Below are positions 25,400 through 38,958 of a DNA stretch of 64,000 bases, in pieces. Source of the DNA: Podarcis muralis (Eukaryota); NCBI RefSeq assembly GCF_964188315.1, contig NC_135667.1, positions 57,040,001 through 57,104,000 of the forward strand, read 5' to 3'. Position 1 is the first letter of the stretch, and each line of letters starts with the position of its first letter. The notes under the pieces were generated by a model, which saw only the letters and a list, made by a program, of their open reading frames with translations, ran no database searches and was not told where the DNA came from. A program made the translations under genes and the position numbers.

Positions 25400-26460
25400 A
25401 ACCCCCCAACCCCCCCATTTCTGAATCCGAAAGGCTTTTGCGCGAACTTTCCCGCCCACCTCGCAGCATCCTGAACCAAGTTCACCACAGCCTCGCTGCA
25501 GAGGCGGACTCCGGGGCTGCAGCCGGAGCTGCCCGACTCGGGTCCCTTCTGAATCCCCGGGTCCGCCGACCCGATTCCCCGCTGAGCCTCCCGAAGGAGA
25601 CGCCGCCCACCCCGACCCAGCCGGGGGAGGCTCCTCCGACGGCCGCGGTTAAGGCTGCCGGGGGAGCCGCTCCGAAGGCGGTTCGCCCGGCTGGAGACCC
25701 TCCGCGAGAGGAAGAGGAGGACTCTTTCCTCCCTGGTCGCCCTCTCTCGCCTGGTTCCGGGCGAAGCCGAGGGAGCTGGCCCCGCGGGAAGACACCCTCC
25801 GCCGCCGGGCCCGATCCTTGGCGCCGCCGCCGCCGCCGAGTTCGAAGTGGGACGGGAGGCCGCCGCCGCCGCCGCCGCCGCGAGAGCGACCCAGAGGCGG
25901 AGGAGGAGGAGGAGGCCGCAAACAATCCCGTCGCCCGGCAACGGCGGCTTCGCGCGCCCTGGGAGCGGGAGGCCGAGCGGGGGAGGGAGGCGAGGCGGCC
26001 GGGAGAGGGAGAGAGCGAGCGAGCGAGGGGGTCTCGCCGGCGCCCCACGGAGGGCGACCCCAGCGGCAGGGGGCTTCCTCAGGTGAGCCGCCCGCCCGCC
26101 CGCCCGCCTCCAAGCGGGTTACGAAAGGGCGAAGCAGCCCTGGAGTCGAGGGGGACTCGCGAGAGAAGTTCAAGCCCTGAGGCAGATGGAAACCCCCTCG
26201 GCTCCCTTCGCCTCTGAGGTGGCTTGTCGGAACAGGAACGCGTTACCAGGAGGGTGTAGCTGGATTCACACGCGCACACTCGTGTGTGTCCCCAGATACA
26301 CGCTGCTGAGAGGTTTGATCTTAATCTTGTCCCCACGAGAAGCTCTCACACCAAGAAAGCTTGGCTGGTTCTATGAAATAGGAGTGACAAAGGGGACTGT
26401 GGGTGCCCTGGCCTCTGCCACCCGTCTGCGGCCCCAGCCCTCGGGCCAGAGCGCGACAGG
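25400..26460. promoter_or_regulatory. CpG island; probable bidirectional promoter of C7orf57 (-) and SUN3 (+)
   Basis: Dense CpG and (GCC)n runs; outward-facing donors CAG|GTGAGC (+, after 26081) and CAG|GTATGA (-, after 25313). Confidence 0.75.
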
Positions 26461-26954
26461 ATGATGCTGCTGCTGCTGCTGCTGCATTTCCATAAGATCA
26501 ACCAAGGCCAAGTCTGGTTTCCTTAAATATATCTATTGGTCTCTTTGAGGCTTTTTGCGTCCCCTCTTCTTGGTTCTGTACAAATCCTTTCAAGGAGTTT
26601 TGATATGTAAAACTTCAACAGGATTCCTTTAAATTTACTTTTGTTTGATTACTTGTTTCAGGAAATTATACTTTTGTTGTAATTTTAGGTCCGGCTTAAG
26701 GTGAAGAAATGCTTTTTGCGAGTCTAATTTCGAGTAGAAAGTGCCCCTCCAATAATAGTAATAATATTGGTTGCCCTGGCCACTTTCTCTCCCTCCCTGA
26801 AAGTGGGGGGGGGGGGGGTGACCTAGCAGTGCCTTCTATAGCAATGTACAGCTCTCTGGTCCTTCACCCCTCCATTTACTAACTAGCATAGATATGCAGG
26901 GGTAGATTTGACTACAAAAACAACCACACAAGAGATACGGTTTATTTACACATA

Positions 26955-27178
26955 AGTGGTACCTTGGTTTAAGAACAGCTTAGTTTATGAACAACTTGGA
27001 TTAAGAACGCCACAAACCCTGAAGTAGGTGTTTTGGTTTGTGAACTTTGCATTGGAAGTAGAACATGTTTCACTTCCTGCTGAGTGTAAATTGGGCCCCC
27101 CGCTGCTATGGGAAAGCACGCCTTGGTTTAAGAACGGACTTCCGGAACAGATTAAGTTCATAAACCGAGGGACCACTG
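26955..27178. mobile_element. Tc1/mariner (Tigger-like) MITE
   Basis: Ends agtggtacc ... gggaccactg with TA flanks. Confidence 0.75.
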
Positions 27179-27633
27179 TATATACAACCTGAGCCTACAA
27201 TGGGTTCAAAGCATTAACACCTCAGAAGGTCTTGCTTCTTCCCATAATCACAGCCTTGGGTTGAAGCCAAAATAAGGCATGGCTCTGACCCCCAACTTCT
27301 GCCTGCTAGCCCAGCTCTCTCACACCCCACTCTACCTCTTGTCCTTCTCCTCATCTGCCAAGTGGGGGGGGGACCCACCCATTTGCTCTCCAGCACAAAG
27401 CCGCTTCCTTTGTTATACTAACGACCATGCTCAGGCCCCAAGAAGCTGGCCTGGCTACCCCAGAAATTAGAAGGGACTTGGGCATCATCATGACCATAGC
27501 AGTTTCAAAGATAATGCCTAAATAATGACATGTTTGATATGTTTTTTCATTCACACTGATATAAGTAAAAAACCCTCCTTTTCCCTTGGGGTACCCAAGA
27601 GCCCATATAGAGTCCTCTTTATAGGTTCCCTAT

Positions 27634-28468
27634 TGGTAGGAGAAAATAACAGAGGCCAACCAGAGAATATTGAGAAGCAAGGCAGCTAGTAAGCCTGATC
27701 TTTATTAAAGCTGTAGCAACAGGGTGCTCCCCACACACACGGGGGGGGGGGGGGGAGCACAAGTGTGCAAGCCCTTATATAGACTTTTTGAACTGCCCAC
27801 CTTCAAACTCTAGACCACCCCCAGGAACATCATACATACACCACAGAAGGGGTGGTCTAAAACAGAATCCTGAGTGTGTTGTTTATCTCCTGTCTGGCAA
27901 GTTACCTGATTGCATTATCTGGGTTTTGGCCACTCTTTTGTTATTAAAGTAAAGGTAAAGGTACCCCTGACCGTCAGGTCCAGTCGCGGACGACTCTGGG
28001 GTTGTGGCTCTCATCTCGCTTTATAGGCCGAGGGAGCCGGCATTTGTCCGCAGACAGCTTCCAGGTCATGTGGCCAGCATGACTAAGCTGCTTCTGGTGA
28101 ACCAGAGCAGCGCCGTTTACCTTCCCGCCTGGAGCGGTACCTATTTATTTATTTACTTGCACTTGACATGCTTTTGAACTGCTATGTGGGCAGGAGCAGG
28201 GACCGAACAACAGGAGCTCACCCCGTCGCGGGGATTCGAACTGCTGACCTTCTGATTGACAAGCCCTAGAACCTAGGTCACAGGCTCACACCTTGTTTAT
28301 ATCTTGAATGTGCCCTTAAGACAGGATTTGTGAGGACAGGATTTGTGAGGAAAGAGACAATGGGGAGGTTTTCCACTTTGACGTTGCAGATAAATATTTG
28401 AGGTCAATTTATTCAGGACCTTTTCTGTGGTGTTTCAGACATGTACAGTTATGAACATTTCACCCACA
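27634..28468 (-). mobile_element. Probable solo LTR interrupted by a Sauria SINE
   Basis: On the minus strand: TG start at 28468, TATATAA at 27781-27775, AATAAA at 27706-27701, CA end near 27634; no TSD found. Confidence 0.45.
27952..28276 (-). mobile_element. Sauria SINE
   Basis: Reverse-complement tail taaaggtaaaggtacccc and typical body. Confidence 0.9.
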
Positions 28469-28517
28469 TTTAAAATGGCACATTGTTAGCTATTTTAGGT
28501 CAGTATACGCTGCAATT

Positions 28518-28762
28518 AGGGATGCGGGTGGCGCTGTGGTGTAAACCACAAAGCCTAGGGCTTGCCGATCAGAAGGTCAGCGGTTCAAATCCCCATGACG
28601 GTGTTTCCATGTGCTGCTCTGGTTCACCAGAAGCGGCTTACTCATGCTGGCCACATGACCCAGAAGCTGTACGCCGGCTCCCTCGGCCAGTAAAGCGAGA
28701 TGAGCACCGCAACCCCAGAGTCGTCCACGACTGGACTAAACGGTCAAGGGTCCCTTTACCTT
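28518..28762 (+). mobile_element. Sauria SINE with internal deletion
   Basis: 12-bp TSD tacgctgcaatt at 28506-28517 and 28763-28774. Confidence 0.9.
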
Positions 28763-28844
28763 TACGCTGCAATTCTTTTTAGTTCCCTTTTATATATTTC
28801 CTTATTCATATTATTTTAGCATCAAGGAGTAAGCGCATAAAAAT

Positions 28845-28960
28845 ATGTACAGAATCCCAAAGAGCTCAGGGAGTATCTATTCAACAGAAGACTCTAATGA
28901 AGCAAACAATGGCTGTAACAATGACACCTCAGACTCTGACACCCAACAGCTTTTGGAGAG
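28845..28960 (+). CDS. SUN3: SUN3, probable first coding exon
   Basis: Acceptor at 28819, in-frame TAA before ATG 28845; MYRIPKSSGSIYSTEDSNE ... QQLLE; donor GTATGC in phase 2 fits the next exon. Inferred from position and phase. Confidence 0.55.
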
Positions 28961-31900
28961 GTATGCATGATTTTGAATATTAACTAATTTATTTCAGTAT
29001 TCAAGAAACATACAACATGACAGATGTGGTGAAATGTTCTCTCTTTATTCTTCCCAAATAGCTGTCCAGCTGTAGTAGCTTGGGGCTGGGGACTGCATGG
29101 CACAGACATTACTTTGTATTTCATGTTATTTAAGGATATTAAATCTATTACATGTATTTACTTATATATATTTAATTAAATATTTTAAATAACATTAACT
29201 ATAACACAAACACTTTAATTTACAATGTGGAAATTTAATTCATTGTGTGGCTTTCATGTTCTTGTGTCTGAGAGGTTGCACCATCCTGCTATAGATAGTG
29301 GATAAAAAACTTGTTTTCCTTTCTAATTATTTATTTATATTTCTTATAATGTCTGTGTTAGCATCCAAGATGCCATGAAACAATGTAGAAATATCAAAAG
29401 CAATACATAGGTAAAGACAGGTAAAATTAGTCCAATAAAACAGAACTGCCTCATAATTTAGAAGCTGGGGTCATTCAATGAAGCTCATTCAGGCTCAGGA
29501 CAGACAAAAATTGTGACCTGTAGATTAAATGGATTTAAAAAACACACACGAAATAAGCTTAGCCTTTCAGGGATGTACCAGCCATAGCAGCTAAATTAAT
29601 CTGTGTGTATAGAAGCAGTATATTCTGAACAGCAGGTGCTGAGGATGAACATCACCTTCATGCCCTGCTTAGGTTCTTCCAGAAGCAAGACTTTTGGTCA
29701 AATCCACCTGGTCATTTCTTGAGCTCTAGTCTCAGTCAGTTTTATTGCACATAGCCAAAGGCTGCCGCAATGTACACAGAATTATTTGACAAGAAAATAT
29801 ACTGAATTGGTTAAAAAAGACTTAAAACATTTGTATTATTAAAACATTAGGTACTCTAAACAAAGCTATAAAAGTACCCCAATGTACAAATAAAAACATT
29901 AAACAATAAAATTCATAAGCTAAAATCATCACATGGTCACTAATGTTAAAAACAGTATCAATTAATACAGTGTGCAATTTATACTCAGAGTTTGGTGACA
30001 AAGATAGACCCAAAGGGGCTTCTTGAGCTCTAACACTTTTTTCATTTTGTAGTTTGTCCCAAGGGAAAAAATCACCTTGCAGCTGCACCAACAGCCACCC
30101 TCTCTTCTCTCATAAGGGGAAAAATGTTCAGTGTCCATGCCCACCCAAGAGTAAGTTCAGTTGTAGTTATTACTCACTTATAAGGGGGCTTTTGCATTTT
30201 TTATGGTTTGTGAACCCAGATGCTGAACCAACATGTTGACAAGATTTCCTTCACTATTTCACATCCTTCAGTCCTGTGTAACAAACAAAAAATACCAAAG
30301 CATAGTAAGAAAAAAATGATTCAAAATGGTCAGGTTGACTAAATTAGTTTGTCCCTTGAAACAGTGTTCCTTTTTGCTCTTATCCTTTTATTTCGAAATA
30401 ATATTTTTGAGAGCTCAAGAGCTCATTTTGTGACTCTGTTCTAAAGTCATATTGGGCCACTACAATTACATATTTTCTTGTTTTATCCAAATTTACTGCC
30501 TATTTTCATAATGCTATGGGTTTGCAGCATTTCTGTGGGGGAGTTGGTTGACATAAACTTTCATATTTTTTCTGGTGTCTAAAGAGTTTAATCTTGGGTT
30601 TTGTTTTGTTTTTCAAATCTTGATTAATGAGGCTAATAAACATTAGTTCAAACAGCTTGTCAATACAATAGCATGATTGAAAATGGAGAACATTTCTTTT
30701 GAAATAATTGCATTGAGGTTACATACTGAAGAATGGATCTGTGTTGGATAAGGACAATAAATACAATTAGAATTTCACAGAAATAAGAGATTCTTCAGCT
30801 GTGGGAAAATTACATTTCTCATGCTTGGCTCCGGTTATAGGTTAGCTTTTCAATTTATAAAAAACAAATTGTAAAGTACGTTCCAGTAATTTTCATTAGT
30901 ATGTCTGTAATACAAGCTGTGATCTCCTGAAAATTAAGCACATTCAACTCCTATTGATTTCAATATACCCCCTCCCCATTTTCCTGGAAAACTGCCAGCA
31001 AGTATGGTCTTAACAAATTAACTGCATCTGCTGAATAAATATGACCAATACAGCAATTGCATAGCATGAGCTTTGTAAAGTCATTCTAACGATGTGTTGC
31101 ATTGTTTAATTGTCCTCTTGTGTGTATTTTCCAGAAAGTTTCACTAGACTCATCTGTAATTTGATAGGGCTGAGCCTAATAACTCCATTTTGCTTAGTGA
31201 AAAGAGTCTGCATCACTTTATCAAGGTAAATATGAGGGGCGGGAATGTTTTCTGAATAACAAACTGAAAAAAGGCTGCAATCCTAACCCCATTTTCCCAG
31301 GAGAATTTCCCCACTGAATTTTCCCCACTGAATTTAATACGACTTATTTCTAATGGTTAGAATTGCACTGTAACACAGTACTTTCCCATGTTTTTAAGCA
31401 AGACCCACAAGTAAACCTACTCATCCTTTCAAGACCCACTAGTAAACTAACTCCACTTCCTTCACACCTGGGCCAGCACAGATGCTGCTTCTGCTCCCGC
31501 CCGCTGCCTGAGATGACACGAGATCGCCCAGTGAAGAATACACATCCCTTATTGTGCGGACCACCCAGGAACATTTAGGGACCCACATTGTGAGGTGTAA
31601 CATAACATAATAACTGGAGTAACAAATTATGGTACAGCCTACAGTCAAATCTGATGTGATGTTAACCATGTGGTTCCCCCACCCCTTTCATTACTACATT
31701 ACATTACTGGAGATGCTTATCAGGATCAGGAGGGCTGCAGGAGCAGGAGAGGCTTCAACCCTTTTCCACAGTCGTGATCCCGATTAGGGCCCCTACAGCT
31801 TCTGTTGCATTGGAAGGAAAAATCACGTTCTTTGTAACAAGTGGAATCCCTTCTGAGGCATGCAAAGTATTTTGCCATGTGTTAGCACCATGCCGCTGTG

Positions 31901-32049
31901 CCATTTTTGTACTTTGCAAGGTATTAATATTGGTGCTACATTGTACTGCACTGATGTACCAGTACAAAGGAGTAAGCAATACCTGGTTCCTCAGTTTGAG
32001 TCCTCCACCTGCACAGATATCCACAGGAACGAACAATGATGCATGCTTA

Positions 32050-33200
32050 TTCTTATTTATTGAATTTATATACTACCCTATATAAGGAGGTTTCATGGCA
32101 GTTCACAGAAAAGAGCAACATAAAAACCACAGTATATATAATCAAAATAAAAACAACAACCCAATAACACCCCCCCCCCCAGACACACACCAAAAAAGAA
32201 CCACAATTTAAAAGAGCATTGGATGTCAATCAGATCAACCAAAGGCCTGGTTAAAAAGAAACGTTTTTGCCAGGCACCTCAAGGTGTACAATGAAGGCAC
32301 CAAGTGAACTTCCCTGGGGAGAGCATTCCACAAATGGAGAGCCACTGCAGAGAAGGCCTGTTCTCGTGTTGCCACCCTCCGGACCTCTTGAGGAGGAGGC
32401 ACATGAAGAAGGGCCTCAGAAGATGATCTCAGGGTTCGGGTAGGTTCCTATGGAAACAGGCAGTCCTTGAGGTATTGTGATCCTGAGCCGTTTAAGGCTT
32501 TATAGGTCAAAACCAGCACTTTGAATTGGCCCAGAAACTAATTGGTAGCCAGTGCAGTTGGACCAGGATCGGTGTAAGATGCTCAAACAATCTTGCTCTG
32601 GTGAGCAACCTGGCCACTGAATTCTGCACCAGCTGAAGTTTCCGAACCGTCTTCAGAGGCAGCCCTACTCATAACACATCTCAGTAATCTAACCTTGAGG
32701 TTACCAGAACATAGACAACAGTAGTTAGGCTATCCCTGTCCAGATAGGGGCATAGCTGGGCCACCAGCCGAAGCTAATGGAAGGCCACTGAGGTCACCTG
32801 AGCCTCGAGGATCCAGGAGGACCCCCAAGCTATGAACCTGCTCCTTCTGAGTAAGTGTAACCCCATCAAGAGCAAGTGGTCTCCCACCCATCTGGTCTAG
32901 GGAACCACCCACTAACAGTGCCTCCATCTTATCTGGATTGAGCTTCACTTTGTTGGCTCTCATCCAGTCCAGCACTTCCACTGCAGATGTAAAGGAGAAA
33001 TAGAGCTGAGTGTCATCAGCATACTGCTGACAATGTACTCCAAACCCAGCGGTTTCATGTAGAAGTTAAACAACATGGGGGACAGGATTGAGCCCTGCGG
33101 AACCCTACATTGAAGGTTCCACGGGGCTGAAAAGCATTCCCCAAGTCACACCTTCTGGGAACAACCATCCAAGTAGGACTGGAACCACCGCAAAGCGGTG
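32050..33200 (-). mobile_element. L2-type LINE ORF2 and 3' relic
   Basis: LGVAGTALRWFQSYL ... WMRANKVKLNPDKME ... EQVHSLGVLLD. Confidence 0.9.
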
Positions 33201-33927
33201 CCAGCCACCCCTAGTTTGGAGAGTTGCTCCAGATATATGCACTTGTGCAGGCCAATGAATGCTTTTGTGCAGAAACAGGATTCATTCAAAACAGGGGAAA
33301 TGTGTTCTGCCAATTTCTCCATGAGCTTTTCTAACACTTAATTGGGGTTGAGGCAGGCTTTAAAAGGGAACTTCTCCAGGTTGCATCCACTAACTCTATT
33401 TCACTATCAAGCTAGATGCCTCTAAACTGTCACTATTTTGCAGGAGATTGAAGTGCATACCAGGAAATTTAGATTTGAACAGTTAAAGCACTGTCTCCTG
33501 TCTCCACATGCTCACTTTTTAAAAAAGAAACAGGAAAGTGGTGAGGAAATACATTGACAAGCGTAGAATGAACAAATGATAAATGGAAATGTAAAAACAC
33601 CCCACCAGAAAATCAGAATGAATGTTCATTGTTGTATAACCTCCCTGCAAACAAATCAAAATGAAAGCTCAATAAAGACAGGATGAGTAAGACTTCTTCA
33701 AGCAAATCGGAGTGAATGCTTAAAAAATCTGGAGGAGCCATCTTATTGAAATTAGAACCAGATTATTGTACAGTATACCTGAAAGCAGTAAACAGCATCA
33801 AGCCCATAATAGAACCAACAGTCTGGGCTTTCTGGGGTGTCTAAGTTGGAGTGGCTAACTTAGCTGTTTGTTCAAAGTTTTATATGACTAGAATGTAATG
33901 CTAGAATAATTCTCTGTTGTTTTGCAG

Positions 33928-33983
33928 GGCGAGCTCTGCTCAGAAAGTTGTGTCTTGGGTGTCCCTGTTCCTACTGTTTTTTG
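33928..33983 (+). CDS. SUN3: SUN3, probable transmembrane exon
   Basis: 56 bp, phase 2 to 1; ASSAQKVVSWVSLFLLFFG is hydrophobic and lies where SUN proteins have their TM helix. Confidence 0.55.
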
Positions 33984-34106
33984 GTGCGCTTCTTCCTATG
34001 GGGCTAAGTATACACTGAGTATGCACTGGTGTACATTATGGCTAGCTATGTTTACAAGGACATAAGATTCACATAATTCAGTGGAACTTACTGTACTAGC
34101 CTATGC

Positions 34107-34633
34107 TGGACGTGGATGGCACTGTGGTCTAAACCAGTGTTTCCCAACCTTGGGCCTCCAGCTGTTTTTGAACTACAATTCCCATCATCCCTGACCACTG
34201 GTCTTGCTAGCTAGGGATGATGGGAGTTGTAGTCCAAAAACAGCTGGAGGCCCAAGGTTGGGAAACACTGGTCTAAACCACTGAGCCTCTTGGGCTTGCC
34301 GATCGGAAGGTTGGTGGTTCCAATCCCCACGATGGAGTAAGCTCCCATTGCTCTGACCTAGCTTTTGCCAACCTAGCAATTCTAAAGCATGCCAGTGCAA
34401 GTAGATAAATAGGTATCGCAGCGGCGGGAAGGTAAATGGCATTTCCATGTGCTCTGGGCTCCGTCACAGTATTCCATTGTGCCAGAAATGGTTTAGTCCT
34501 GCTGGCCACATGACCTGGAAAGCTGTCTGGACAAACGCCAACTCCTTCAGCCTGAAAGCGAGATGAGCGCCGCAACCCCATAGTCGCCTTTGACTGGACT
34601 TAACCATCCAGGGGTCCTTTACCTTTACCTTTC
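34107..34633 (+). mobile_element. Sauria SINE carrying a nested MITE
   Basis: 12-bp TSD actagcctatgc at 34095-34106 and 34634-34645. Confidence 0.9.
34135..34270. mobile_element. Palindromic hAT-type MITE
   Basis: TIR CAGTGTTTCCCAACCTTGGGCCTCCAGCTGTTTT; perfect 8-bp TSD gtctaaac. Confidence 0.9.
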
Positions 34634-36211
34634 ACTAGCCTATGCACGTCTGTTCGCAAGTAACTCCCAGTGGGGCTTACTCACTATGAAGTGTGTTTAG
34701 GATTGCAGGTTTGTCAGCATGCTGAGGATAGTAACCTTAAATTGATGGGCCCAAAGAGGACTTTGGTTACCTGTCCTTCTATGTACTAGCTATTACTCAT
34801 GTGATTTAATAACATGTTTTATAGCGCAAGGAATGGAAAGTTGGAGTTACTGTGAAGTGTCTTTCTGGTCAGCATAGAATGGCACATACATGAATGAATT
34901 AACTCATCTTCTAGAGGCGGGCTAATTTTTTTAAAAATAAAAAAATTGCTAAGACCAGCCAGAATGGGAGGTGACCTTCCTGTAACTGCCAGATATGAGC
35001 AAAGCTGCTAGCGGCAGGTAGAGGACAGCAGAGTTGTCATGGGGAGCCCTGTCTGACCTTCCCAGAGTACTGTGCAAATGCAGATTGAGAGAAGTTGCCC
35101 CCTAATCCTAGGTTTGACCTAGGTGGGGTGCGTACAAGGTGGAGCTGACAGGAACAGGATGTAAACCAGTTTTCATCTGCTACTCCATGTGGGAGGAGAA
35201 CCTAAGCCACAACCCACTGGAACATCTTCCTGCTGGAAGCTGCTTCTGCAGAAGCACATTTGTCCACTTAAGCGAAGGTGGACAGGTGAGCCCAGGTGAT
35301 TGCCCTGCATATAGATTCTAGCAGGGTGCAGGTGTGTAAAGCTGTGGTGGTGATTACACACACTAAGTGATATTGATGCCTGTTGGAGGACTCTTGGCTT
35401 TTGCCTGGTATGCAAGCATGATTCAGGCCCTGCCCGACCTGCTGATAGTGTCAGGGTACTTTCCTACTCAGGGACCCCTGTTTCAAGGAGGCAGACTAGG
35501 ATTCTGATTTTCTTAAGGGCTCTGTGTAAGTCAAGTACACCCTGAGGCCCCGCCTGATGTCCAGTGTATGCCATTTCCTTCCCTCAAGGTGAATTGGATG
35601 GAAAACAATTTGGGTGACATGATGGCCTTATTCTTATGAAAGGAAAAGTCTTCTTTTGTTAAGAAGTTGAGTTATGGTGCTAGGCTACCCTGAGTAGCAT
35701 GTGCAGATAGCAACTGGCTTAAGAACCCCCTTTGGCTCCCTGGCTACGCAAAGGGATCTGAACTCTATTCTCCACAGTCCTGACCCAGTACTCAGTCTAG
35801 TTACCTTAACTCTGGTTTCCGCTAGTGCTGATGAGAGAGCCTTTGTTCTTGCCTGGCTTCTGCATTCTTAAGCCCTGCACCAGCTCCAAGTGCTTTACTT
35901 GGGAACACAATGTGTGAAATAAAAGAAGCAGATAAAGCCATGTTATGGGTTAGCTAACCTACCCATGTAGGAGCGCTTTTTTCAGGAGGTACTCAGGGTA
36001 TGCAGTACCAGCACCTCTTCTTGTTGTTGTTAAAAAGTGTGGCAATTACTGTAACAACTTCATGGTTAGTGCTGGCACCTATTTTTCTAGAAAAAAATCA
36101 CAGCCATGTAGGATGACATACTGAGATTGTTGCCATGTTTAATCTGCTGAGAAGGAAGAGAATAATCAATCTTGTTAATACAAAGAGGGTTTTTATTACT
36201 ATTATTAATAG

Positions 36212-36300
36212 GTGCTACCTACATGGGACTATTTGATGGAAAAAAATTTCAGATTTTTGGAGAAGAATGGAGGGACTTCTCTATTTGTGATCTCATCCAG
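36212..36300 (+). CDS. SUN3: SUN3, candidate exon
   Basis: 89 bp, phase 1 to 0, open frame GATYMGLFDGKKFQIFGEEWRDFSICDLIQ; supported by phase fit only. Confidence 0.45.
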
Positions 36301-36614
36301 GTGATTTTTTGTTTTGCTTTGTTACAACAATCTCCCTAGGTAAAATCTGAGAAATTATAGAGCACAAATTATGTTTATGCATTATCTCAATTCAATTTGC
36401 AGCCAGAACAAATGCTGTCCTTGAAGGTTTCACAGATAGAATATCTTATGATCTCTTTTGTGTTGAGAGTAGGATTACACCTTTTTCTAATCCTGCATCT
36501 GCTTCATAGAACCATAAAACTATAGAGTTGTAAGGGACCCCAAAGTAATCGAGTCCAACCCCCTGCTATGCAGAAATCTCAACTAAAGTATCTAGCATAC
36601 CTAAGCCAGTGAAG

Positions 36615-36751
36615 CAGGGCTTTTTTTAAAGCCGGAGCTCACTAGAGCTCAACTCCGGCACATCTCAGGTGGGTGCCATTGCCGTTCTAAGAGAACAAGG
36701 GAAAAGTTCATGGTGAGCTGCAGCAACTCTTTCTTTCAAAAAATAGCACTG
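36615..36751. mobile_element. hAT-type MITE
   Basis: Ends CAGGGCTTTTTTT ... aaaatagcactg; flanks cagtgaag and cagtcaag (7/8). Confidence 0.65.
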
Positions 36752-37058
36752 CAGTCAAGCTTTTTCTGACTTCATGCCAGGGTCAGCTTACCAGCTTATG
36801 TCAGTTTAAATGCATAAGAGCAGGGCCAGTAAAAAAGGTGGCGACCCTAATTTTGGCAAAACCAAAGATTTCCACCTTGGCTAATATTAGGGAGTCTCAT
36901 CCTCAGAGCACCTTACCTTTGTGAGCATTCAGTGAGGCTTCCATTAGCTTTTTTGTGATCAGGTTTGTACTGGAAAGATCCCTGCACTAAAGGCAGATTA
37001 TATGTCAGCTGCAGAACCTTCTGATTTTGAACTTTGAGGAAATACCTTAGTAAGGGGG

Positions 37059-38958
37059 GAAACCACCAAAGAGGAATTCAAACAAATAGCCAGCACGTGT
37101 AGACACAAAGTCAGAAAAGCTAAAGCACAGAATGAACTCAGGCTTGCTAGAGAGGTTAAAAGCAACAAAAAAGGCTTTTATGGGTATGTTCGTAGCAAAA
37201 GGAAGAACAAAGAAACCGTGGGGTCACTCAGAGGAGAAGATGGTGAAATGCAAACAGGGGACACAGAAAGGGCTGAACTCCTCAATGCCTTCTTTGCCTC
37301 AGTCTTCTCCGATAAAGAAAACAATGCCCGACCTGAAGAATTTGGAGCAAATGATTCAGCAGAGGAAACACAGCCCAGAATAACTAAGGAGATAGTACAA
37401 GAATACTTGGCTAGTCTAAATGTATTCAAGTCTCCAGGGCCAGATGAACTGCATCCAAGAGTATTAAAAGAACTGGCAGATGTAATCTCAGAACCACTGG
37501 CAGTAATCTTTGAGAATTCCTGGAGAACAGTCGAAGTCCCGGGAGACTGGAGGAGGGCAAATGTTGTACCTATTTTCAAAAAGGGGAAAAGAGAGGACCC
37601 AAATAATTACCGCCCAGTCAGTCTGACATCAATACCAGGGAAGATTCTGGAGCAGATCATTAAGCAAACAGTCTGTGAGCACCTAGAAAGGAATGCTGTG
37701 ATCACCAATAGTCAGCATGGATTTCTGAAAAATAAGTCATGTCAGACTAACCTGATCTCGTTTTTTGACAGAATTACAAGCCTGGTAGATGAAGGGAACG
37801 CAGTGGATGTAGCCTACCTTGATTTCAGCAAGGCATTTGACAAGGTGCCCCATGATATTCTTGTAAAGAAGCTGGTAAAATGCGGACTTGACTATGCTAC
37901 CACTCAGTGGATTTGTAACTGGCTGACTGACCGAACCCAAAGGGTGCTCATCAATGGTTCCTCTTCATCCTGGAGAAGAGTGACTAGTGGGGTGCCACAG
38001 GGTTCTGTCTTGGGCCCGGTCTTATTCAACATCTTTATCAACGACTTGGATGATGGACTCAAGGGCATCCTGATCAAATTTGCAGATGACACCAAACTGG
38101 GAGGGGTGGCTAACACCCCAGAGGACAGGATCACACTTCAAAACGACCTTGACAGATTAGAGAACTGGGCCAAAACAAACAAGATGAATTTTAACAGGGA
38201 GAAATGTAAAGTATTGCACTTGGGCAAAAAAAAATGAGAGGCACAAATACAAGATGGGTGACACCTGGCTTGAGAGCAGTACACGTGAAAAGGATCTAGG
38301 AGTCTTGGTTGACCACAAACTTGACATGAGCCAACAGTGTGACGCGGCAGCTAAAAAAGCCAATGCAATTCTGGGCTGCATCAATAGGAGTATAGCATCT
38401 AGATCAAGGGAAGTAATAGTGCCACTGTATTCTGCTCTGGTCAGACCTCACCTGGAGTACTGTGTCCAGTTCTGGGCACCACAGTTCAAGAAGGACACTG
38501 ACAAACTGGAACGTGTCCAGAGGAGGGCAACCAAAATGGTCAAAGGCCTGGAAACGATGCCTTATGAGGAACGGCTAAGGGAGCTGGGCATGTTTAGCCT
38601 GGAGAAGAGGAGGCTAAGGGGTGATATGATAGCCATGTTCAAATATATAAAAGGATGTCACATAGAGGAGGGAGAAAAGTTGTTTTCTGCTGCTCCAGAG
38701 AAGCGGACACGGAGCAATGGATCCAAACTACAAGAAAGAAGATTCCACCTAAACATTAGGAAGAACTTCCTGACAGTAAGAGCTGTTCGACAGTGGAATT
38801 TGCTGCCAAGGAGTGTGGTGGAGTCTCCTTCTTTGGAGGTCTTTAAGCAGAGGCTTGACAGCCATATGTCAGGAGTGCTCTGATGGTGTTTCCTGCTTGG
38901 CAGGGGGTTGGACTCGATGGCCCTTGTGGTCTCTTCCAACTCTATGATTCTATGATTC
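37059..38958 (+). mobile_element. Young 5'-truncated CR1 LINE (1.9 kb) with nearly intact RT domain
   Basis: ORFs 37218-38237 and 38254-38883 carry [21 protein letters not shown] and FADDTKL; one frameshift at A9 (38226-38234); (ATTCTATG)n tail; TSD taaggggg. Confidence 0.97.

Noticed and set aside
25246-26217. Several 170-323-aa ORFs on both strands, one with a signal-peptide-like start
   Set aside because: GC-island artefacts; several start at non-ATG codons and translate GCC/GAG repeats.
37218-38883. 339-aa and 209-aa ORFs as host genes
   Set aside because: They are CR1 ORF2, split by one frameshift.
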